Below, in pieces: positions 17,682-26,276 of a stretch of DNA of 64,000 nt; the stretch's first letter is position 1; the number at the start of each line of letters is the position of its first letter. This DNA comes from a virus, in the IMG/VR virus record IMGVR_UViG_3300008267_000004, positions 1 through 64,000 of that record. One strand, 5' to 3'. The translations under genes were made by a program, and so were the position numbers. The notes under the pieces were generated by a model. The model was given only the letters and a program-made list of their open reading frames with translations, ran no database searches and was not told the DNA's origin.

Positions 17682-18665
17682 TTATACTAATTGATAAGAA
17701 GCTGTGTTGTAGTTTTCTGCTAATAGTTTATATTTATCAGAAGTTCCCATTGCTGGTGCGTCTAGTACAACGTGTAATTCATCATTTACAGCCCCAGATA
17801 CTTTTAATTGAACAGATAATAAATCGTTAACCCACACCCCTGACTCTAATACTGATACATCAACCATAACGTAATCTATGTCTGTAGCCGGGAATGCATT
17901 TTGAGAAAGTTTTGTCTTAGGTAATACAACAATTGCGCTTCCATTCGCGTCAAAAGAACCAGTTATTTGATGACGTAATCTACTATATCCATTAATAATT
18001 ACTTGATTATTAATACCAGCACCTAACGCGTGATCAATTGCATGAAATGCTTCATCTAAGTTAAATCTTTCTCCTACTATCTGTAAACTAGTTAAATTAG
18101 TAAAACTTGCTGAAGTATGTAGTGATGCTGTTTTATCTAAAATAATATCAGAAGAAACAGTAACTCCACCAGACCCAGAGATATTATTAATTTTTGCTTT
18201 ATTAAATTGTAGGTCTGCGAAAGTGCTTGAAGCACCATTTGCAGTTGTGTATTTAAACTGATAATCGTTGCTTGCACTATTCCATAAAAAGGAAGCTGTT
18301 TCAAAATTTCCACGGTTAATATAGAGACCGGCTTCTACTGAACTATAAGGTAATTCAGATCCACTTAATTTGTTTATAACTACAATATTATCTTTTACTT
18401 CAATAACATCTGTATTTATAATTGCTAAAGCACCACTGACTAGTAAATTACCCTTTACTTCTAGACTACCATTGATATAGCCGGAACCTGCTGACAGATG
18501 GCCGCTTCCTGAAATTGTGCTATTAGAAACAAGCGCAGATGCTGTTAATGGTAAAGATGAGCTAATGTTTGAATCACTAACTTCAAATACAATATTTGAT
18601 CCTACTTTTTTTTGTAGTAACTTTTGCGCTGATAAGTCTGTTAGCGATTTTATTTGACGGGCCAT
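17682..18665 (-). CDS. Fibre-like virion protein, paralogue of 18682..19272
   Basis: Shaft motif INGSLEVKGNLLVSG...IEVKDNIVVIN and AGLYINRG; C-terminal domain shared with the neighbouring gene. Confidence 0.65.
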   Translation of the reverse strand: MARQIKSLTDLSAQKLLQKKVGSNIVFEVSDSNISSSLPLTASALVSNSTISGSGHLSAGSGYINGSLEVKGNLLVSGALAIINTDVIEVKDNIVVINKLSGSELPYSSVEAGLYINRGNFETASFLWNSASNDYQFKYTTANGASSTFADLQFNKAKINNISGSGGVTVSSDIILDKTASLHTSASFTNLTSLQIVGERFNLDEAFHAIDHALGAGINNQVIINGYSRLRHQITGSFDANGSAIVVLPKTKLSQNAFPATDIDYVMVDVSVLESGVWVNDLLSVQLKVSGAVNDELHVVLDAPAMGTSDKYKLLAENYNTASYQLV

Positions 18666-18681
18666 TTATTTTTCTCCAATT

Positions 18682-19272
18682 TTATACTATATTAAATAGT
18701 TCTCCATTTTCATTTACTGCTACTAATTTATACTTATAAGAGGAATTAAGTTCTGGTGCCTCTAAAATCACACAAAGCTCATCATTTCCAGAACCAGTAA
18801 TTTTTAATTCATATGCTATAATTTCGTTAACCCAAGAACTCCCAGAGAGTACTAATACATCTACTGATATATCGTTAAAGTATGGAATTGTAAAAGCACT
18901 AGATCCTAGAGAAGAAGTTGGTAAAGTAATTATTGCATTTCCATTATTATCAAAATTACCAGTAGTCTTATATCTTAATCGCTTATAAGCATTAATTAAT
19001 TTTGTATTTAATGATTGCTCTAGGCTTGAAGCTGTATAAGCAAAAGTTGCTGTTAAGGCAGTTTCTACTGAGCCTTGTAAATATGAAGCTGTAAGAGCAA
19101 AATTTGCATAAGAAGCTGTACCTAAAAAGACGCCCTTATAAGGAACAGAAGAACTTACATGACCATTAACACCGCTTGTTACTTCGAATATTAAATTATT
19201 TGTATCGTCGTATTTTAATACACTACCGTTTACTATAAGATTAGGTAATATTTTAAACGGTGCTGTTGGCAT
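18682..19272 (-). CDS. Short fibre-like virion protein, paralogue of 17682..18665
   Basis: GTASYANFALTAS repeats; C-terminal YKRLRYKTTGNFDNNGNAIITLP...ELCVILEAP matches the neighbour. Confidence 0.65.
   Translation of the reverse strand: MPTAPFKILPNLIVNGSVLKYDDTNNLIFEVTSGVNGHVSSSVPYKGVFLGTASYANFALTASYLQGSVETALTATFAYTASSLEQSLNTKLINAYKRLRYKTTGNFDNNGNAIITLPTSSLGSSAFTIPYFNDISVDVLVLSGSSWVNEIIAYELKITGSGNDELCVILEAPELNSSYKYKLVAVNENGELFNIV
18693..18700 (-). promoter_or_regulatory. ACTATTTA upstream motif (putative phage late promoter)
   Basis: 27 nt upstream of the ATG at 18665, inside the last codons of the preceding gene. Confidence 0.55.
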
Positions 19273-19489
19273 CTAATTTCCTCTTTAGATCTTTATAATT
19301 TTCTAAAAATTTTTTCTGAATTCCGATAAGTCTTGTTTTTTTATTTATAATATCTATTGTTTTTAGAAGTATTTCTTTTTGTTTAAGAAGCTCTTTGACT
19401 GTGTTATCATCATCTTTAATATTTTCTAATTTCTCTTTTAATAGATAGATCCAATTAGAAATTTGAATAAAGTTAATGTTGTATTTCAT
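19253..19489 (-). CDS. Hypothetical small Lys-rich helical protein
   Basis: 78-aa ORF overlapping both neighbours by 17-20 nt. Confidence 0.45.
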   Translation of the reverse strand: MKYNINFIQISNWIYLLKEKLENIKDDDNTVKELLKQKEILLKTIDIINKKTRLIGIQKKFLENYKDLKRKLDANSTV

Positions 19490-19643
19490 TTATATACTCT
19501 TCGTATTTTTTACTAATATGAATAATTTTATCTATTAATATATTCTTATTTTTCCATAAAAATCTAATTTTTTCCTTATCAGCAGACATTAATTCATTTA
19601 ACAAATCGTTGTACAATTTTAATATTTCTTCTTTTTTAGTCAT
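19473..19643 (-). CDS. Hypothetical 56-aa helical protein
   Basis: Not in ORF track. ATG at 19643, 1 nt after the upstream stop. MTKKEEILKLYNDLLNELMSADKEKIRFLWKNKNILIDKIIHISKKYEEYINEIQH, TAA at 19473. Fills the apparent gap exactly. Confidence 0.55.
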   Translation of the reverse strand: MTKKEEILKLYNDLLNELMSADKEKIRFLWKNKNILIDKIIHISKKYEEYINEIQH

Positions 19644-19644
19644 A

Positions 19645-20730
19645 TTAAGAAATTATTGTTACCAAATGAGAATTTACACCTATAGAAGAACCGAAGTTAA
19701 TACTTATACTGTTTAAACTAACAAAACTAACACCAGCAAAAACCATATTATAATCACCAGCAGTTTCTCTAACATTTACATACATGTCTCGACTGTTTAA
19801 ATCGTGTGTTACTGTATACGTAGAATTTATTCCATCCCCTATTAAAAATGTCTTTTTAATTACATTTCCAACCGAAACCAATTCTGGACCTAGACTTCCT
19901 GGGTTAGATACCGTTTTTCTCTTCTTTTTTGATTCATCCTCTATTATAAGATTTGATTCTTTTGGAAATTTAAATTCTACTATATTTTCTGCTGAAGTTG
20001 ACGTTGGAATATCTTGGTTTACATCATCGCCAATTAATTGACCTAAGACTTTAACTAAAATGGTTGTTTTATATTTTCTCTCTTCCTCGGCACTTATCTC
20101 AGATTCTTGGTTAAAATCTTGCTGTATAAAACATTCATATCTAAAAGATTCATGTGTAATAACGAAGTAGTTAGTGCCAGCTGTATTTGTTATGAATGGC
20201 TGTATTATTTCATTCATCTGCTGTAGGTAATTTGTTAAAACATTTATCTCATAATCTATCATCACATACACAGGTAAAAGAACTGATTTGTATGTAAAAA
20301 CCTTTTTTTTATTTTTTTTAGAAGTTATAAAACTAAGCTGTCCTACTTTTTTTTGAGTATCAGAATTTGCAAAGTTAGATGTTTTTTCTTGATTTATTTC
20401 CTGTGTGTAAACAATTCTATTATCTTTAGGTGCTAAATTTGCCTGATAAGTTCCTTTTTTGCTTGGATCTTTTGATATATTCTTTCTATCAATTGAAATA
20501 ATGGGTGGTATCAAAGATCCATAAGAATCTCTAATTTTAACATTATTTTTTATCTGGAATGCTCTTTCGGAATTTGCCCAAATTACTGGTACTTTTTTAA
20601 ATCCATCGGATGTGGTGCAAGATATATTTAATTTTTCATCAATATATCTAAAAAAAGCTTCGTCTATCGTTTCTATACTAGAACGAGGTAGTGCTTTAAT
20701 CTCTTGTTTGGATTCGTTATTATTTTCCAT
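19645..20730 (-). CDS. Tail completion / sheath terminator (T4 gp15-like) with extra C-terminal beta domain
   Basis: SIETIDEAF, VPVIWANSER, PIISIDR and PVYVMIDYEINVLTNYLQQMNEIIQPF; C-terminal GDGINSTYTVTHDLNSRDMYVNV domain. Confidence 0.65.
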   Translation of the reverse strand: MENNNESKQEIKALPRSSIETIDEAFFRYIDEKLNISCTTSDGFKKVPVIWANSERAFQIKNNVKIRDSYGSLIPPIISIDRKNISKDPSKKGTYQANLAPKDNRIVYTQEINQEKTSNFANSDTQKKVGQLSFITSKKNKKKVFTYKSVLLPVYVMIDYEINVLTNYLQQMNEIIQPFITNTAGTNYFVITHESFRYECFIQQDFNQESEISAEEERKYKTTILVKVLGQLIGDDVNQDIPTSTSAENIVEFKFPKESNLIIEDESKKKRKTVSNPGSLGPELVSVGNVIKKTFLIGDGINSTYTVTHDLNSRDMYVNVRETAGDYNMVFAGVSFVSLNSISINFGSSIGVNSHLVTIIS

Positions 20731-20740
20731 AGCATATTAA

Positions 20741-21949
20741 TTAGATATCAAGTTTAACTTTAAACGTATATTCTCTATCAGAATTTTTCTTTATTGGTGT
20801 AGCAAATTTTACAACGCCTAATAATTTTTTATTCTCATCAAATATAGCCATTTTTGATATAAAAGATTGTCTAGTGTAAGATCCACTAACAGAAGAAAAA
20901 GGTGTTTTAACTGTATTTTTGTATAATATAGATTTATCTTCAATATAACTATCAGAACTTGTAGTTATATATTTATCTAAACTCTCTATTCTTTGAACTG
21001 CAGTCTTATTTATACTTGTATTAAATTCATTTTTTTTGGCCGTTGCAAACATTGTTATATTTGAAATATAGTTAGTTCCCTTAAAATTTAGTCTATAACT
21101 AGAGCTTTGTATTAAAGAACCAGTTAAAAGCGATTTACCCCAGTGTACCCATCTAGGAGAATCAAGAGATATTATTTCACCAGCACTTCTGGAAATATAG
21201 GAATATCTATCAACACAAGAAGAAGAAATATTCCAACTTCCACTTAACAATATAAGACCCTCGTCATAAAGAACAACACCAGCAGAAGAACCACTAACAG
21301 TTTCATCCGTTCCAGAAGGAAATGTTTGTATCAATTCCCCGTTGTATCTTAAATCCTCTAATCTTCCTACTAAATTACCAGTTATATAAAAATCTAAACT
21401 AACACTTCCTCTTTTTATTGTCGAAGAATAAAAAACAGATGGGATATTTATAATTGTAACATCCTTGTTTTCATAATTTGAGTAATCATAAAATGGAGAA
21501 ACTGATTCATACCAATTTAATGAATTTCTTAAGGAATTTAAATAAAAACTAGAAGCTTTACCGGTTTTAGATGTTAGATCATTGTAATATAAATCATTGC
21601 TAGATGTAATACAAATTACATTTATTGAAGAGGTAAGAAGACCAGAAGAATTTTTTGTTGTAACCGTATTTACTCCGTATCTCTCTAAACTTGATAAATT
21701 CTTAGGAACAAGAGGAGAAACAGAATCATTAACGGGGCTAAATTCATATATTCTTCTATATGAACTAGCCCCACTTAAATTAAAATTTGTAGAAGCAACT
21801 AAGTTAGAATTATTAGAATTATTTGGATCTATTTGTGCTATATTTTGAATATAAACAGTACCAGAAGAATTAATAAATAATAAATTCTCTGGATATGCTT
21901 TTATTGTATTCCTTAATATTTCACCTGGTCCAAATTTTTTATAATTCAT
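20741..21949 (-). CDS. Virion structural (tail/baseplate) protein, paralogue of 21951..23102
   Basis: Shared C-terminus FISKMAIFDENKKLLGVVKFATPIKK...FKVKLDI and internal GVVLYDEGLILL. Confidence 0.6.
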   Translation of the reverse strand: MNYKKFGPGEILRNTIKAYPENLLFINSSGTVYIQNIAQIDPNNSNNSNLVASTNFNLSGASSYRRIYEFSPVNDSVSPLVPKNLSSLERYGVNTVTTKNSSGLLTSSINVICITSSNDLYYNDLTSKTGKASSFYLNSLRNSLNWYESVSPFYDYSNYENKDVTIINIPSVFYSSTIKRGSVSLDFYITGNLVGRLEDLRYNGELIQTFPSGTDETVSGSSAGVVLYDEGLILLSGSWNISSSCVDRYSYISRSAGEIISLDSPRWVHWGKSLLTGSLIQSSSYRLNFKGTNYISNITMFATAKKNEFNTSINKTAVQRIESLDKYITTSSDSYIEDKSILYKNTVKTPFSSVSGSYTRQSFISKMAIFDENKKLLGVVKFATPIKKNSDREYTFKVKLDI

Positions 21950-21950
21950 A

Positions 21951-23102
21951 TTAATAATCCAATCTAACTCTCAATATCATAGATTGTTCTTCAGTCTTCT
22001 TCAAAGGTTGAGATAATTTTGCTACTGCCATAAGTTCATTTTCAGGAGAATATAATCCAACAGAAGTTATATAACTTACTGGAGGGTTACTTGCCACTCC
22101 TCCCTTCACCAAAATACTGCTTCCCGAGGTATAAGTTGGATTTGTGCTGTAATTAAATTCATTATTATTTATTCTTGCAAAATATATCGTTGAGTTTAAC
22201 TCAGTTGTATTTTGAAACTGAATATTATGAATTCTTCTTCTGAGTGCTTGCGACATTTCATCTAAAGATCCTGTACCAGCTAATGTTTGAATGTTTGTAT
22301 AACTTGTTCCATTTGCAACCATAGTAGTTGCAGTAGTTAATTGTCCATTTGTGTTGCCTGACATATTCATGTTTGAAGTATTAGAAGTTAAATAAGCTGC
22401 AAAAATATCACTATTCAAGTAAACAACGCCTGCTTGATAAAATATCAAACCAACTTTAGGATCCAGCTGGCTATTATTATAGGCGACTCTTCCACCAGCA
22501 GCGGATTCAGATAGGAAAAGTATTCCATAATCACCGGCTGGTGAGTTCGTTAGATATCCAGGCGGATTAAATGCACCGCTGATATCAGTAATAGTACCAG
22601 TTAAGCTTTGTCTAGAGGCATCAGATGAACTTAACATAAGCGTCATTCTAAAGCTACCTTTTTTAATCTCATCTTTAACTAAGAGTCTAGAAAAGGTTAA
22701 AAAGTAACCATTGTGTGTTCTAGCAGCCCCAGATTCAGAAATGCCTTCTTCATCAAAATAATTGATAGAACCAGTTATATCGTATCCTACAAGTACTTTA
22801 GCCATCTGATTATATATACTTAATTTTTTAGATCTTTGATTCGTTGTAGAATAGCGGTTTAAAAAAGATCCACTAGAAATTCCGAATGTTATATCAAATA
22901 ATTGATTTGCAGAGGAGCTTAAATAAGGATAATCATAGACAGTGGAAAACATTCCGTGGGAATAATATTGCACGTTTCCTTCGCCAGCACTAGAAGAATA
23001 AGTGCCGGATAATATTGTTCCGGTTAAAGGAATTTGTTCATATAGTAAGGTTCTACTATTTGCTATATCTTCCGGTGTTAGAGTTTTAAAAGTTGTCGCC
23101 AT
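21951..23102 (-). CDS. Virion structural (tail/baseplate) protein, paralogue of 20741..21949
   Basis: C-terminus YITSVGLYSPENELMAVAKLSQPLKK...LRVRLDY and internal GLIFYQAGVVYL. Confidence 0.6.
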   Translation of the reverse strand: MATTFKTLTPEDIANSRTLLYEQIPLTGTILSGTYSSSAGEGNVQYYSHGMFSTVYDYPYLSSSANQLFDITFGISSGSFLNRYSTTNQRSKKLSIYNQMAKVLVGYDITGSINYFDEEGISESGAARTHNGYFLTFSRLLVKDEIKKGSFRMTLMLSSSDASRQSLTGTITDISGAFNPPGYLTNSPAGDYGILFLSESAAGGRVAYNNSQLDPKVGLIFYQAGVVYLNSDIFAAYLTSNTSNMNMSGNTNGQLTTATTMVANGTSYTNIQTLAGTGSLDEMSQALRRRIHNIQFQNTTELNSTIYFARINNNEFNYSTNPTYTSGSSILVKGGVASNPPVSYITSVGLYSPENELMAVAKLSQPLKKTEEQSMILRVRLDY

Positions 23103-23118
23103 TTTTTAGTCCTTTAAA

Positions 23119-24051
23119 TTAGGTTGTATATTTAACAAAAGCAATAGGAATTACAACAGAATATCCGGTTGTAGCACCAGTGATTGTAACTTGTGAAGGA
23201 ATATAACGTAAAGTACCAGTAGAAGGTGATCTTGTTCCTGTATATAATCTTCCTAGCGAATCAAAAAAATATGTGCTAGCTTTTGTTGATGTGCTTGCTT
23301 CGATTCCAAAATGAAGCATAGTCCCTCTAGGTCCGTTTATAACTTCACCAGTAGAAGAATTTGATGTATTTAAAAAGCTGTTTGGATTATCAGAAACCAT
23401 TGAAGGATCAGTTCCAAGAGAAACAAAATAACTAGCAATATCATCATCATCTATATAAGAAGGAGAAATTGCTTTATTGTTTGAATCAGTTATAGTTCCA
23501 AATCTATTATCAATTTCAATAATATATTGAGTTTCCTTAAGTTCAGGAGGCAAAACATTTACAGCGTTAGTATCTAATCCTTGATCTACTCTAATAATTG
23601 GACTCCCAGCTGTGGTAAATCCTCTAAGGACGCCAGTTAATCTAGCACTTGCAAATGTTGTAGTAGTTGCGGTAAGATAAGTTTCAGTAGCTGAATCGAC
23701 AGCCACTAAATAACCATTTACAATCATTTTATTTGTATAATCTCTATTATTTTTATTATTTACTTTTACAGTTGGAAGATATAAAAGATTTTTTAAGTTA
23801 ATAGAAACTAATTTGCTTTTCATAGAAGATGCATTATTTGTAAATGCTTCTAAAACAGGTGTTTGTAAAATTTGTAAATCAGTGTAAGCACTACCTGTAT
23901 TAGAAACATATAATCCATAATCTATTTCATCGTCTGCTAAAGCAAATTTTGAGATCTTAAAAGATCCATCTCCTCTAGCTAACTTCATTCTACCTGTGTC
24001 GGTAAGAACAGCATCTAAAATAATATCACCTGAATTGTTTAAAAAGCCCAT
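23119..24051 (-). CDS. Virion structural (tail/baseplate) protein
   Basis: N-terminal LDAVLTDTGRMKLARG...KFALADDEIDY, echoed in 28688..29581. Confidence 0.6.
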   Translation of the reverse strand: MGFLNNSGDIILDAVLTDTGRMKLARGDGSFKISKFALADDEIDYGLYVSNTGSAYTDLQILQTPVLEAFTNNASSMKSKLVSINLKNLLYLPTVKVNNKNNRDYTNKMIVNGYLVAVDSATETYLTATTTTFASARLTGVLRGFTTAGSPIIRVDQGLDTNAVNVLPPELKETQYIIEIDNRFGTITDSNNKAISPSYIDDDDIASYFVSLGTDPSMVSDNPNSFLNTSNSSTGEVINGPRGTMLHFGIEASTSTKASTYFFDSLGRLYTGTRSPSTGTLRYIPSQVTITGATTGYSVVIPIAFVKYTT

Positions 24052-24069
24052 TTGTGTCTCCCTGAAATG

Positions 24070-24077
24070 TAATTAGT
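24070..24077 (-). promoter_or_regulatory. ACTAATTA upstream motif (putative phage late promoter); paired with an inverted copy at 24085-24092
   Basis: 18 nt upstream of the ATG at 24051, followed by SD-like AGGAG. Confidence 0.55.
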
Positions 24078-24109
24078 TTCATAGACTAATTATATCTTAT
24101 TTTTAAAAT

Positions 24110-26272
24110 TTACTTTTGCTTTAAAAGATTATTAATTCTTAATCTATACTTAACGTTGATATCTATCATTTTTCCTGATTGTTTTGAGATTAATCTAATT
24201 TTAAACTTAGGGTTTAACTGATATATACTTTGTAGACCAGGATATCTTTCAGAATCAATTTCTATACTTGCATTTTTATATGTATCTTCTAAGTCATCTG
24301 ATATAGCCTTAAAAACTAATTGTTTCCAAGCTGGACTAAGTGATATTGTCTGTTTAAAACTCTTTGAACTCATCAAAAACTTATTCTCTTCTTTTATTCT
24401 ATCTGGAAAGCTAAAAGTCTTTATTATTGGCGTAATAACCCCTTCTTCGTTTTTAATCTCAACCTCCATTATATTACTAGGGTTAGAAAAGAAACTTCCA
24501 TTAAATGATCTAACCATATAATAGTATTTTTTATTATATTCAATTATATCATAAAATTCTCTACTAGGCAAATCCAAAGAGTTTATTTTAGCATTTTCAT
24601 CTACAAAATTTGTAAATGTGACTGGTGCTTCTTTTTCAATTCTGTAAATAAAATATTGTTTAAAGTCTTCGCTTAAAAAATTTGCATTTCCGTTTTCAAG
24701 ATTATCCTCTGAATTTAATACTCTTCTTTCTTCCTGACCAGATAAAAATATTGGTCTTTCTGAAGATCTTCTATTGCTTAAAAATACTTTTAAAAGATTT
24801 GGTTCTTTTTCATTAGAGTATATATTGATTTCTGGTATTGCTGGGAAGGTTCTTCTTTCAGACGCTATGGTTTTTTCTATAAATGGAATTTCTATAACAA
24901 TTGGCTGTGAAAAACACTTTTCAGGATCTAAAACAAAATCTTGAAATACTGTTGGTTGAGTAGATTGCATAGAAAACACACAATTTATGCCTAAGCTAAC
25001 GCCCACTAGAGATACTGAATATTCAAATTTTTCACTTGGTAAGACCTGGTTATCAATAAAGTTCATACCAGACCCAGCTTTATATGGAATAAAAAATATT
25101 TGTGAAGGAGAAGTAAAGTTATTATAGTATTTTTGAACTTTATAATATAAAGGTATAAAATCAGTATCTTTCTTTTTTTTCAAAATATCAAATTTCTTTT
25201 CAGTACTCATATTAAATAAATCAAGAAACATTTCTTTGGTTGGAAAAAAATTATTTGAATAATTTTCTGTATTTATATAATTTGTTTCTTCTTCTTTAAC
25301 TGATGTGTAGTCAAAATAAGAAATTGTATGATCTAAAAGTAGTGGTAGTGGATAAAACTTAACAACCTGTCTTTTGTTATTATAATAGTGTTCAAAATCA
25401 TTTACTAGTTTATTTGAATTATAAAGATAATTTATAAAAGAAATTATATAAAGATCATGGTTAGGAATAATTCCTATTTTTGTTTCCGAAAAAAATAAGT
25501 AATTAACAGTGCTAGAATAATCCTCAGTGTCTTTTGATACTCCTTGAATAGAAGGCATTCTTAAATTAACGTATTGTGGTAGATAACTAATGTGATTATT
25601 AGACTTATCTATATCGGTTATCTGTTGGTGAGCAAATAAATAAGTTCTATAGTTATCCCATGTTTCTGCGGTGGTAGGAGATAAGATTCCATTATAGTAT
25701 TCTTCCACTTCTGGAGTTTTGCTGACATAATTTGTTTGAGTAACATCAGATTTTTTCTTTTTATCCAACAGATAGTAGTTTTTTATTTTTTTAAAATCTG
25801 TTATCTTTTCTGCTTCAACCTTATTAGAAAACTCTCTAAAAGAACCCTTTTTATAAAAAGCTCCTCTTTTGCTATCATAACTTTCTTGCGTTGACTCATT
25901 ATAGTGCATGATACAATCATATGAGTAATTTGAATTTATTGAATTCTGAGGGGAATTATAAGAGAACTTGTGATAGTCAATACTAAATTTTTCTCTATAA
26001 ACCGAATTTATTCTAGAAATATTATTTTTTTGTTTTTTTACATCAAATCTAAAAATGATCTTTTTTTCTTTATTATCTATAATTTTTTTTATTCCATCAG
26101 ATAAACTAATCTCTATTGGAGTAGATTCATTATCAAGATTATTGGCGTCTAAAAAATCGTTATCTATGTAGTCTCTAACGATACCCATAAAAATATTTTT
26201 AGTTTGTTTATCTGATTCGTTTTTTGACATTTCTCTAGAAACGAACATTTGTTTTTTAATTGTATTTGACAC
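24110..26272 (-). CDS. Large hypothetical virion protein with two FN3/Ig-like segments
   Basis: GTG start. FIDNQVLPSEKFEYSVSLV and FYDIIEYNKKYYYMVRSFNGSFFSNPSN resemble FN3 strand motifs. Confidence 0.5.
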   Translation of the reverse strand: MSNTIKKQMFVSREMSKNESDKQTKNIFMGIVRDYIDNDFLDANNLDNESTPIEISLSDGIKKIIDNKEKKIIFRFDVKKQKNNISRINSVYREKFSIDYHKFSYNSPQNSINSNYSYDCIMHYNESTQESYDSKRGAFYKKGSFREFSNKVEAEKITDFKKIKNYYLLDKKKKSDVTQTNYVSKTPEVEEYYNGILSPTTAETWDNYRTYLFAHQQITDIDKSNNHISYLPQYVNLRMPSIQGVSKDTEDYSSTVNYLFFSETKIGIIPNHDLYIISFINYLYNSNKLVNDFEHYYNNKRQVVKFYPLPLLLDHTISYFDYTSVKEEETNYINTENYSNNFFPTKEMFLDLFNMSTEKKFDILKKKKDTDFIPLYYKVQKYYNNFTSPSQIFFIPYKAGSGMNFIDNQVLPSEKFEYSVSLVGVSLGINCVFSMQSTQPTVFQDFVLDPEKCFSQPIVIEIPFIEKTIASERRTFPAIPEINIYSNEKEPNLLKVFLSNRRSSERPIFLSGQEERRVLNSEDNLENGNANFLSEDFKQYFIYRIEKEAPVTFTNFVDENAKINSLDLPSREFYDIIEYNKKYYYMVRSFNGSFFSNPSNIMEVEIKNEEGVITPIIKTFSFPDRIKEENKFLMSSKSFKQTISLSPAWKQLVFKAISDDLEDTYKNASIEIDSERYPGLQSIYQLNPKFKIRLISKQSGKMIDINVKYRLRINNLLKQK

Positions 26273-26276
26273 CTTT

